Below, in pieces: positions 23,424-35,100 of a DNA stretch of 64,000 bases. Source of the stretch: Mizuhopecten yessoensis (taxonomy: Eukaryota); NCBI RefSeq assembly GCF_002113885.1, contig NW_018408800.1:200907-264906 (forward strand), given 5' to 3'. The notes under the pieces are model-generated. The model had not been told where the DNA came from and searched no databases. It saw only the letters and a program-made list of their open reading frames with translations. Position 1 is the stretch's first letter, and each line of letters begins with the position of its first letter. A program made the position numbers and the translations under genes.

Positions 23424-24865
23424 CTTTCATCTATAATTTCAGAGATGAGAGTTTATATTGTATATTTCACAAGTTTGTGTGTTTTTATGCACAGGCTTTT
23501 TTTCAGGTGACCTGAACAAATCCTTACCTGAAATTAACCCGAATTGATATGATAGTTATTTTTGTAAGTCGCAAGTCACATATATATTCAGGTCAATTTT
23601 CCACCTGAAATCGTCTGATTTTTTTTTGTCATTTTTGCTCTTGTTTTAGATGCTTTTGACCTGAAAAATGAACAGAAGAAAAGTTGCCTGTGTAGTTACA
23701 ACAGTTTGTTAAAAAGAAAAGTAACAGCAAGTACTTTATTTGCATGTTTTATTTCACTTTTCTTTCTATAGTTGTTGTAATATGTTCTAATTGTTCTAAA
23801 CACAGTGTAGATAGGGCTGAACTGTCAACTGGTTTACGTGTTGCTGTCCATGATAAATTATAGGACATTTTTGAGTTATTGAGTTATTTGATAATTGTAT
23901 GCGATATATTTACCCTATCTGCTTCAGTACAAATAACACACTTGATGACATCATAGCAATGTTGCATCAAATAAATATCAAAACGTAATTTGAAAACGTA
24001 TTGGCACTTGCCATGCATACAAAGATGATTAATCCATGCAATGCTCAAATCAGGTTTTAGGTTGAGCGGAATCGTCATATATAAACAGTTCATGGACTCT
24101 TATTCATTGATTCTGGAGTGTCGACGCAGTACAGTAAGTATATAACAAAATGATGATAGCTCCTTTATTTATAGAGGATTACAATATTTATGACAATTAC
24201 TAATTTCAAATCAGATCCTTTCATATATACTCGCATAAACATACATACTTAAATTTACTTAAAATACAGCCCAACATGACTCAAGTTTTAACCCTAACGA
24301 ACTTGGCTAATCAGGAACCATGGTAGTCTTCTAGGATGCCGCCGGAAATATATATTTCACATTCACACAAGCTCAACAAAACACGCGTTCAAGTTTTTAT
24401 TATAATATTATTAGTTTGTATTATATTATATTTTTGTTTTATATGTTTTTTAAAATTTAGAAATAGACCAATACAAATTTGTCAAGGCCATTGAGATATC
24501 CCAGTTGCCATCTTGAATAATAATAATTATAACAATGTCAATTCTTCGACAAAAAGTATATTCTTTGACAAAAAGTATAATCCCTGTGTTTCATTCCCAC
24601 TAAGTATGAAGTAAGCGCTGCTCTATTGGACATAAGTGAGAACCTTATTGTCACAGTCAATCGGAGAGCAGTCCACGAGTTACATCAAGCGAAATGTCGA
24701 TTTCCTTCCACTCACCTTGAGATGCTGGATTTGCAAGTGATCGTCCATATGACCGAAGAACAAGGTATTTCTGAGAAAACGCACGGATAAGTTCACGTCA
24801 GAAAACGACGAAACATTGTTTAAACTGTATGCCCCCTATTTCATATGGGTACATAATAATTTGTT

Positions 24866-25993
24866 TCATTTGTTTGGATGCCGGAAGCTTTCGATAAAGA
24901 GCCTGCCCGAAACGGTATTAAATTGGATTTCAGAGACAAGGAGATTCAAGAATGATTCATCAAACTCCGGCATATCTCGTCGTGAACATTCAGTAGAACA
25001 CCAGTGACGCAGACAAAAAGCGACGTAAGTCGGTGACCTACCCAAGTCTAATCCTCGGACAATTTGCGTCATTTTTCCAACATCTAACTTGATAAAATCT
25101 TCTGATTTGGTGACTTCGTGCAAAGATTTCCTCATGACACTCACACAATATTTTTGCATACTATTGAGGCAAAACATTTCGGCCAGATTAAAGATATACA
25201 CTACATTTTCATTAGTTACCATAGAAACTAAAATCCGTTGACACATGTCCACCAACATGTCCACCATGTACTTTCGGCTGATATAGAGGAGGGGGACAAC
25301 ATTGTCTTCGGTAATGTCGATTTCATCCGTATACAGATATCTTAATAAAAGAAAAGAAGCCTAGCAATGAAACGTTCTTCGCGAATCTTATTAATGAAAG
25401 AAAAACAACAATAGAATCTTACTTTTGTAAAGAATACAATATTGGCAGCGTCACGGTCATCAAGAAACGTATTCGTGTAATGAAAATAATGAATACCCTA
25501 GAACATTTCACCGTTTCTATAATGCATTGTGCTTTTTAAAGTCTAGCAGCAATGATACCATGACAGCATGCCTTGTATACATCCTTATGTTGAAAACAAA
25601 AACAAGAAATTAGCTGAAAATGTGTTTCGACGGCAAGGAACGTAAAAGAATAAGCACATATGAGTTTTGTACAATTTACAAATAGTTATTTTCAAAAAAA
25701 CGGAACAGTTGGTTCCACGTCAACGAAGAATATTATATTCCAGATACCTCACAAATGTTTGGAACGCATCCTTGTCTACATCAGGAAGTGATATCTTTTC
25801 CGGTAGATATCCTGTCAACATCACCTTGAATACTGCACTTCTGTTCGCTAAAACGCACTTGTGAGCGGAGACAGCGCTATACGTGGGTCCCACAAGAAAT
25901 GTGACGTCACAACAACTGTTGAGGCAAACTTGTGGAGCATTTCCAGACATGAAAAAACATTCTGCTTTCCAATGAAATGCTTCCATCTTTCAT
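24866..25993 (-). pseudogene. BTB/POZ-BACK domain gene (BTBD2/3/6-like), truncated or frameshifted
   Basis: Exon ~25997-25748 encodes CDVTFLVG..AHKCVLANRSAVFKVML..ISLPDVDKDAFQTFVR. It is spliced in phase 2 to exon 25340-24866 (YLYTDEIDITEDNVVPLLYISRKYMVDMLVDMC..BACK-like). The frame stops right after BACK and no long frame follows. The upstream ATG at 25993 is out of frame by one base across a T run. Confidence 0.7.
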
Positions 25994-26107
25994 AATCTGT
26001 AAACAAATGAATATCATGTTTCGATTATGTCTTTTATTTCCTAAATATGTAAATGCACTGTCCACACGTTCTTTTGACTCGGCTGCAGGAAATAAATGTC
26101 ATTGGCA

Positions 26108-26705
26108 TTTATTATATGACTGGTGCTAATTCCCAGCCCTGATTGGAGGAGTGACGTCACGTGACGAGTCTGTAAATATGTTACAGACCTCATTCTATAA
26201 ATAGAAAAGTGTTACAGACCTCGACCTAGAAATAGAAAAGTGTTATAGACCGCTACTAAAAATAGGCCGAGGTAATTTCCCAGCCAGTCTGTAAATCTGT
26301 TACCATTCACAATACTGAATTCAAATACAAATTAATTCTCTCATAAACTTCTGAACTATGTTAATATTGATGATGTCAATTGTTCAAATAATATTTACTT
26401 GAAATTAAATATCACATGAATTGAATCTGAAATTCAATTTGTGTGTATGTTATTTTGTATTTGAAGTCCTACACTCTGTGATTCCAAAATGGTCCATGCC
26501 ATCACTGTGCTTATGCCATGAAAAATTATTAATCTTATCGTTAAATGTCATATAATAAAACAATTGTGGACTTCAGTTTCGGTCTATCCCTGATTTACGG
26601 ACCTGGTCTGAACAATATTCACCTCGGCCTTCGGCCTCTGTGAATATTGTTCAGACCAGGTTCGTAAATCAGGGATAGACCTCACCTGAAGTCCATAATT
26701 GTATA
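26108..26705 (+). mobile_element. Non-autonomous element with terminal long hairpin (Crypton-like?)
   Basis: CTGATTGG at 26139, short internal repeats (gttacagacctc), then hairpin 26561-26701 with core CTCGGCCTTCGGCCTC. The boundaries are inferred. Confidence 0.55.
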
Positions 26706-27154
26706 GTGTAGACAATTTGTCTTTGGCTATCAGTCAAAACATTACTTGCAGAAAAATCTTATACTTTAAATATTATGTATTGGTAGAGATGCATTTTACA
26801 CCAAGCGTGTTTGCTTGCAAGAAAATTGACTTGTTTTATAGAGTGTTTCTAGTATTTTAAACTTTGACTGCCTTGTCACTTGATGCAAGGGGATGCTTTA
26901 AATGAATACTCTTGACTCATTTGATCATTATATTTCATATGTTTTTGAAATATATTAATTCCTCAAAATAAAGTTGCAAGTTGTAAATGCAATAACGTTT
27001 ACTACAGTAGCATTTCACACCAAATTCAGCTTTCGTTTTCTCTATTAGGAGCGTTAATGTGCGTGATATACAGGAACACGCTTTACTTGATAGTTACATA
27101 AAACCATTCCAAATATAATACCATTGCCTGCTATAAAATAACCATAGTTCTAAA

Positions 27155-27605
27155 GCATAGACACAAACCCCCAAACCAAAGTTCACAGGAACAAACCCCC
27201 AAACTACAGTTCACAGGAACAAACCCCCAAACTACAGCTCATAGAAACAAAACCCAAACTACAGTTCATAGACACAAACCCCCAAACTACAGTTCATAGA
27301 AACAAACCCCCAAACTACAGTTCATAGAAACAAACCCCCAAACTACAGTTCATAGAAACAAACCACCAAACTACAGTTCATAGAAACAAACCCCCAAACT
27401 AGAGTTCATAGGAACAACCCCCTAAACTACAGTTCATAGGAACAAACCCCCAAACTACAGTTCATAGAAACAAACCCCCAAACTACATTTCATAGAAACA
27501 AACCCCCAAACTAGAGTTCATAGGAACAACCCCCTAAACTACAGTTCATAGGAATAAACCCCCAAACTACATTTCATAGAAACAAACCCCCAAACTACAG
27601 TTCAT
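27155..27605. repeat. 28-bp minisatellite, ~16 copies
   Basis: Unit AAACAAACCCCCAAACTACAGTTCATAG. Confidence 0.95.
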
Positions 27606-27934
27606 GCCACTCGGCATCCAGTAAGGGTGAGCGACTGGGTCTCTACGGTTATTACTTGAAAACATACCTGGTTACCAGATGTTGGTTATATATTGAACAT
27701 TTGACATTCGGGAATATCCAACTGTGTACCCAATTAGACCATGGACATTCGTGAAAGTCCGATCGAGTGTCTAATAGAAATTAATGTTCGCTAATTATTA
27801 CTTAATGATAAAGGATCCCCGTACCAATGCCAAAACTAACTTAGTGTTGATCCCCCCCCCCCCGGTATGGCTATAGTTTTGATAAATAATTAAAACCATA
27901 CCTTGTGGGATTTTAACAAAAATAATCAACAACG

Positions 27935-28052
27935 TAGTTGTGAGTGGAAAACATTCAGCTGGGCCAGACCGGGACGACTCGAACAGTGGTCACTTACGAT
28001 TGTTACACTATCGCTCCAACGAATTGAGCTACATGGTCAACAGAAATGTTTT
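27935..28052 (-). mobile_element. tRNA-containing solo LTR
   Basis: Minus strand reads gttgggccaaaacatttctgttgaccatgtagctcaattcg..gttcgagtcg..cccagctgaatgttttccactc; same family as 13865. Confidence 0.6.
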
Positions 28053-30223
28053 GGCCCAACAGATAAATCCAAACGGAAGTATAAGGGATGTTCCCGTATA
28101 CAAAACAAAAAAACAAAACAAAAACAGTGCAGTGGAACAACGATCCTTATAACTGGTATTGCTAAATTGAAACGTTTTACGAGACTAAACAAAAACGTGT
28201 ATTACCAGACGTGCGAGTAGTTAAACAAGTCTTATAACCGCCGTGGGGATTTAGGTGGTCATGCGTCTCGTTGCCTCATCCTTTTATACGGTTATCTCGT
28301 TGAACAACTAATATCTAACTGGTCATTGATATGGAGTATTTGGAATGCCCAATTTCTAATTAAACGTTGTCTTAAGGTTAAGATATTCAAATAATATTAA
28401 CATTCCATGGAGACGTAGACAACAATGCACGACCCTCACACCACTATTTATGTTACTTGAATGGGGGTTTTTCACGTAAAAGATTGAATGTTTTTTAATT
28501 TCAGTCTTTTGAAAAATAAAAAAAATAAAAAAAGGGTTTGCTGTAGCAAAGTTTTTTCCCGTATGTATCGTAAATAAAACGACAATAACATATCACAAGC
28601 TGTGAACAGGGTTATGTAAGCGAAGGGCATGCATATACAATATTAAAGAACAGGTTAAAAAGAAAACGTTGATCGTTAAACTGTTATGATCAGTGTTCAA
28701 TGTTAAAAGTCGACCCTAAATTGGACCTTAACATGCTGGCATATGACTGACTGACCAAACGTATTTTTTATTAAATTATGTTTGCTGACAATTGATCAGA
28801 ATGTGTTATGCACATTTGATGTTCAACACAAACATATTGCATATCATAAACATATTCTTGTCTGTGGACCTTTTTTAAAATGCCAAGAAATATGTCTGGT
28901 ATTTATGTTTCTTGAGTAGACATGTTTTATGGTTTTTGTTTCATAAAATAATAACATATACAAATAAATAATGAACTCTTTTTGACTCCCTTAAAGTGCC
29001 CCTATATGGCTGAAGCCTTACTTCTAAACATTCTGGTTTCAGTGCCTGACAAGTCAGGAAATATTTTGTGAAGAAGACATAGAAAATGTAAACAGAAGGA
29101 ACAAGATATGTTATTTTAGCCGAAAACTAAAGACATCTAATAACAAATACACTATTTTACTATTTGATCGTCTCGAACTTTCAAAGATAACATCGAATCA
29201 CTGCTGAAGTGCAAACTTATGTTATTTTGTTCTGTGTTAGAAATGAAGGTCAGTTTAAACGAAATCCAGTTAATAATGTATATTTATGGGACCTTACCTG
29301 CAAACTGGTTTCAAGTTACATTGTTAAGAACGTATTCGTAGATGTGACGTGCTTTATAAAAGTGTATTATCTCACCATTATTTACTGGGGCTTGTCTACC
29401 TAATTTGGCAACTTCTAAATAGCTATTGCTCCTTGCTGAATACTTTCTTACCAATTCCAGCTAAAAATCTATTTTCTTCATTTATAAAACAGGATGCCGT
29501 GATTCAGCAGAGTTTTTTCATTTCTTACTGGAAATCAGGTAATCTATGCATGGGAGAAAAATACCCCCCCCCCCAAAAAAAAACCCCACCCCACCACACC
29601 AACAACAACCCTGGTGCAAGTATATTGAGACAACTTAAAAATGAACGTACTTACCCGCTTGTGTTAAATCTCCACTGCCTTCCTAGTCTGTGGTCCCAGT
29701 TGTACATGACTGTACTGGCGATACAAATAAAACAGCTGTTCTGGTCTAGTGCTGTTGTAAATCTCAGACGGTCTCCGCTACCATCACTATTACATCATGG
29801 TTACATAATATTCTGCTTGACCTACTTTTGATGATGAGATAAAACGTTGAGTTGATATTGGATTGCAAAAAAAACAAACTCTCTATGAGTCATTACTAGG
29901 CCGTTGAAAACGATTGTTGACCGATACCAGACTAAGCACATTTATTTAGGTCAGCTAAGCCTAACATTGATGAATATATAAAGTGTATTAAAATGTAAAC
30001 GTAGTTACTGTTTATGTGAAACGTTTAAAGATTGCTTTCTTTTAAAAGTATGACGTCAACGACTCACTGTCCATCATAAGTGTGGTAGTATGGAGGCCCT
30101 TCACACGTAACCTAGTTAGTATTACATACTCTTTATTATCCCATAGCCTTTTTGGAAGTCTTAAGAGAGTATTAGCTGTTTCGTCTATTCGAGTAACGAG
30201 TTTGTATTTAGTGTTTTATTGTA

Positions 30224-31167
30224 TACTGAACAAAAAAAAGAAAATGCCAGGAACCGCTTGCGTGCCGAGAGAATTATTGCGCGCCGACCTTATTTTGGGC
30301 CACCTCTGACATCATGGAGGCGGCAAGTGCGTCTTGACTGGATGCGCAGACATGGCCCGAATAGGTTTGGGAAGCGTCGATGGAGGCGTGTGATGTTCAC
30401 CGACGAGTCTAGATTCTGTCTGTATCGCTCAGACGGAAGAAAAAGGGTATATCGCAGACGCGGTGAGCGTTTCGCCGACGCATGCGTGGTTGAACGCGAT
30501 AGATTCGATGGGGCTTCTGTAATGGTTTGGGGAGGCATCTCCCATGGAGTAAAACCCCCTTAGTGGTCCTGGATCAAAACCTCAATGCCGTTCGATACAG
30601 AGACCAGATCCTCCAACCACATGTCCTTCCACTTCTCAGACGTCATAACCTAATTTTCCAGCAAGACAATGCTCGACCGCATGTTGCCAGAGTCTGTCGT
30701 GATTTTCTCACGGCAAACAACGTTCAGCCTCTGGAATGGCCCCCATATAGCCCCGACATGTCTCCCATTGAGCATCTGTGGGATGAGCTGGACAGGTGTA
30801 TTAGGAAACGTCAAAAAAACACACAACTAACTGCGCCCAGTTGATCGCAGCATTAACACAACAATGGAACAACATTCCCTTAAGGCGAATAAATGTTCTC
30901 ATGAATTCAATGCATAGGAGAATCCGTGCAGGGATTCGAGCAAAAGGTGCCCACACCAGGTACTGAAGTGTCATTTTGTTTTTCGCGGGTATGCTACTTT
31001 GAGTAACTACTGATGACACGAGTGACATCACACAGACTTTTCTTCTACAGTATTGTAAAGAGTAGACTTGTCCCTTCATATTGATATAAAATTTTGTACA
31101 AATTTCCCAAAATATCATAGGCTTTTGTTTGCATAATTTAATTGTGCGTTTCTTTCTTTGTTCAGTA
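30224..31167 (+). mobile_element. Tc1 (DD34E) transposon, internally deleted, frameshifted transposase
   Basis: TA-flanked terminal inverted repeats (TIRs) TACTGAACAAA..AGAAA..GC at both ends. FTDESRF, VMVWGGI, FQQDNARPH and WPPYSPDMSPIEHLW, with 34 residues between D and E. Frameshifts near 30555 and 30815. The N-terminal DNA-binding region is missing. Confidence 0.92.
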
Positions 31168-31430
31168 TATATACAATATATTTATTTCTCTTATCCCAAC
31201 AAAAGTATTTCCACGCAAAGATCGGTGTGAATATTTGATACACGTGTATATAGTAAGTTGTTTGAATCAGTACACTACCGTACCATATATAACAAAGTTG
31301 ATTTGCTTTCATTTTGATTTAAAACAATTCAACATGTCAAATATGAATCTTTGCTGAAACGAATTTATAGATAGGGTTCCACTCCTAACTTCTAACATAT
31401 AAATTGTGTAATATTTCACGATATTTATTT

Positions 31431-31433
<3 letters not shown>

Positions 31434-31469
<36 letters not shown>
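31434..31469. repeat. (TG)n microsatellite
   Basis: Directly visible. Confidence 0.95.
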
Positions 31470-31471
<2 letters not shown>

Positions 31472-31874
31472 TATCGATGAGAATTGTGAAATAAATGTTA
31501 AGAGTATTGAAAATCGTCACGAGGGATTGCTCGAATGGAAAACACTGGTGACACCAGCACATTGCACAAATCGAGCTAACTAAATGTGCTCTATTTAAAG
31601 CATATAGATATATAGTTTTAAGCGATACCATTTCCTGATGATTCCTGATGATTTAGTCATCAATATCATTGTATTTATGTCAGGAATATATTGAATAGTT
31701 CCTATGACACGGTAAAAATATAGAAAATGTGCTATAATATATCAGAACGGGTGCAGATTCTTCACAATATAATGCATTTAATATCAGCATATCAGGAATG
31801 TCACATTACATTTGAAAGCCGAATGCTGATCCAAATTTTGAACATTGTTATATATTTTTGTCCATTTTATTAGA

Positions 31875-31990
31875 ATATTATCACAATCCCAAATAGTATA
31901 CAATATTATCACAATCCCAAATAGTATACACTATTATCACAATCCAAAATAGTATAAAATATTATCACAATCCCAAATAGTATACAATAT
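31875..31990. repeat. 28-bp tandem repeat x4
   Basis: TATTATCACAATCCCAAATAGTATACAA. Confidence 0.9.
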
Positions 31991-32105
31991 ACTGTTAACC
32001 CAATTTTATAACAATCACAAATTGAACATGTATACCACAACCACAAACTGTACAGCAAATGTTGATGTTCCTTAACACACAATATTAACCGTGTATGACC
32101 TGATG

Positions 32106-35100
32106 TCAGTTATAGTCAGCATACTTTGGATCTTTACAGTGACAACTGGGGAAATTACAACAAACTTGCAGGTGAGGCCTCCATATGAGATTTCGGGTAG
32201 AAAATTGGATTTCCACGGGCTCGACAGACCTGATATGACGTCCATGGCCCTGTTGTATTATAGCTACAACCTTCTCAAGGTCAGTGTTGCCTGAGTAGTT
32301 TAATGGATTTGCTTCACTCGGGTCAGATGTCAATTCATACAGGAATGGTACACTATGAATGATCGCATCTGGACAGGTACATATGGGAACGCACTTGTTC
32401 GTTCCCGAGACATAGTTAGGTGACCTCAGGACCAACTTCCACACCTTGATACCTGTTTAAAGATGATAAATTCACTTATATTCAGACATGTGAAAGGTTA
32501 GCTTTGCCAATGTGAAACAATGATGACCTTTTATGTTTTGCTATATTGGCTGAGCAAAATGCGTGAAAATGCAATATCGTAGCAGGCCAAGGGTTATTCT
32601 GCTTGTACTATTATATGAAGGTATAATGATAAACATATCAATAAATTGTTAAATGAATGAATTAATAACATGAGTAGTATACAATAATATTTTGACATAA
32701 AAAACGTTCTAATATATTATATGTATCAAGGAACTCAAATTGATTTGTGCATTCAAATTAGATCAAATTAATCTTGCTATGAAGTTTAGATATAGCATTT
32801 AGAACTAACCACTCAAATACAATTAGGTTAATCAAAACTGTAAAGGAATTTTTCTGTAGGCAACGACGTTGTGGTTTAGGAGAATGCAGAATCCTTACGT
32901 TTGATAACGTGGAAGCGTTGAGGTGGGATATTTGATCTTGATAGTGAATATGAGATACTAATTTTCCTTAATATGTAATGGTAAGTGGCTACAATCTTTT
33001 GTTTTAATCAAACTTGTTATCTGTTCAGGTTGAATAATTTTTCATTCATTGCATATGAATGATAATTATTATATCATTTCTATTCAACTATTAACTTAAT
33101 TCATGCAGGTTCAAGTACGTCAAACATCCCTTGGTAAGGCACCATGTCAGTTCAAAAAGAGAATATTTTGTCCTCTCCAAAACATTTTAGACTGGTGTCT
33201 ATCCTTAATAATTACCAACACCATTAATACAATTATGAAATAGCAATCAAGGATCATAGAAATGTAAGCACTTTTTAAACACTGTTAGAAAAAGGCTCAT
33301 TTTCAATTTCAAAAATATATCGGTGTGTAGACCCTCGTAAAGAACGGAAATGTGCTAATTCTAGCATTTTTGATTGAGTACATTTACGTTAAGTATTTCA
33401 GCATAATCAGAATTATATACTATTTTTGCTCGCAGGACAAGTTCAATAGATCATTTGTTATTCATATGTTATTGAAAGTCCGAAATGTCCAGAAAGTGAA
33501 CATCCCGAGCAAAAAAAGACATATTATTTGACTGTAGAGAAATGTCAACCATCCTGTTATAATAATTTTATGCGGAAGGTCTATGAAATTTTGAAAATAT
33601 ACAGGCAATATATCTGCATTTTAAATAGTGTTTCGAAAGGAAAGGAAAATTTCTGCGTTATAATCTGTCAGTCGAACAATATTTCACATTACTTGGCCTT
33701 GGTTTATATTACCTGTCCTTGGCCTATATCTGATAGCATGTACATCGATCCCACAGTAATGAACCATAAATGTATGAGGGGACACCGTGTCCTGCTGTCT
33801 GAGGAGGGGCAGGATATCCTTTCCGTCTAGTGGACGATCGCTGGGTAGTTCTGCCCTCATTGCACGCGCCAGTGTCGGATACATGTCCATCATCCACGTC
33901 GGCTCGTTGACTACAGTCCCGGGCGGAATCTTACCGGGCCATCGAATCACTCCGGGCATGCGTATACCACCCTCAACTGCGCCTTGTCCTTTCCCGCCTA
34001 GCAAACACGTAATCAAATAAAAACATGAATTTACAAAGAGCAAATATGTTAAAAACAAACAGAAAACAAAAAAGTTTTCCTGAATTAAAATTCAGCAGTG
34101 ATACCAATAAGTGTGCCACAATATGACTCTTAAAATATGACTATAAAAGTAAAGATCATGTAAAGGCGGAACAACGCCACCTTCAATATACCTTTAAAAA
34201 TACCGTTGTATCCACCGTTCATTTCTCCATGGAGACCCTTTTCTTCTAAATAGCCTCCGTTGTCGGACGTAAAATAAACAATAGTGTCATCTCTAAGTCC
34301 AAGTCTATTTAGAGCATCCGTGATTTCACCTACGCCACTGTCAAGTTCCTCCACTGCATCCCCATAGAGACCATGTCGCGTTCGACCACGAAATTCTTTC
34401 GTCACCTGGATGGCCGTATGCACATGTGTCCAAGAAACAACCAGCAAAAACGGATTTCTTTCGATTTTTTGTTGTTCTAAAAATTCTACACTTTCCTTCG
34501 CAAACCTTTGCGTCATTCCTCTAAGCCGAATAGGCTGCTCGACTATATCGAAGTCTTTATAAATCATACTATTCAGTATTTTCATATTAGTAACAACGAA
34601 TAGGAACGTTCCCACTGGTACTACAGTTAGTACAACTAACACTAAACAACACAGTGCTCCCACATAGGCCCGCTTGTAGAGACCAAGAGACGTCAAACAG
34701 CCTACCATTGTTATACCGAAACACCGCCACAGCCATGCTGGCATGTATGCCCTGAAAATGGAATCCCCATCATCGCCAAAATCTCTAAGGTTTGTCAAAG
34801 GAAGCCCGTAAAAGCTGTCAAATCCTTGGTTCTTTGGATGATAAACATTGTCGCCAATGGTACGACTCATCCCCAAGTGCCACTTCCCTGAAAATATAAG
34901 ATACATGCCTGTAATTGTCCTGTTTTTCTTTAAAACACACGCGCAATATCTAAATATAAGTAGCGGCATCCCATTTTATTGTTGTTGCTGATTGAAAAGA
35001 AATCAAAGGATTTACAGAATAGAATGTAATGCCTAAATTGTAAAATAATTTATATTTGCACACTTTCATGTGTAATAAAGTGTGTTATGGCACGATTCCT

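Noticed and set aside
23490-23692. Short CACAGGC..GCCTGTG inverted ends
   Set aside because: TIR is too short and no matching TSD was found.
29349-29831. 160-aa ORF
   Set aside because: GTG start, low-complexity runs, no recognisable domain.
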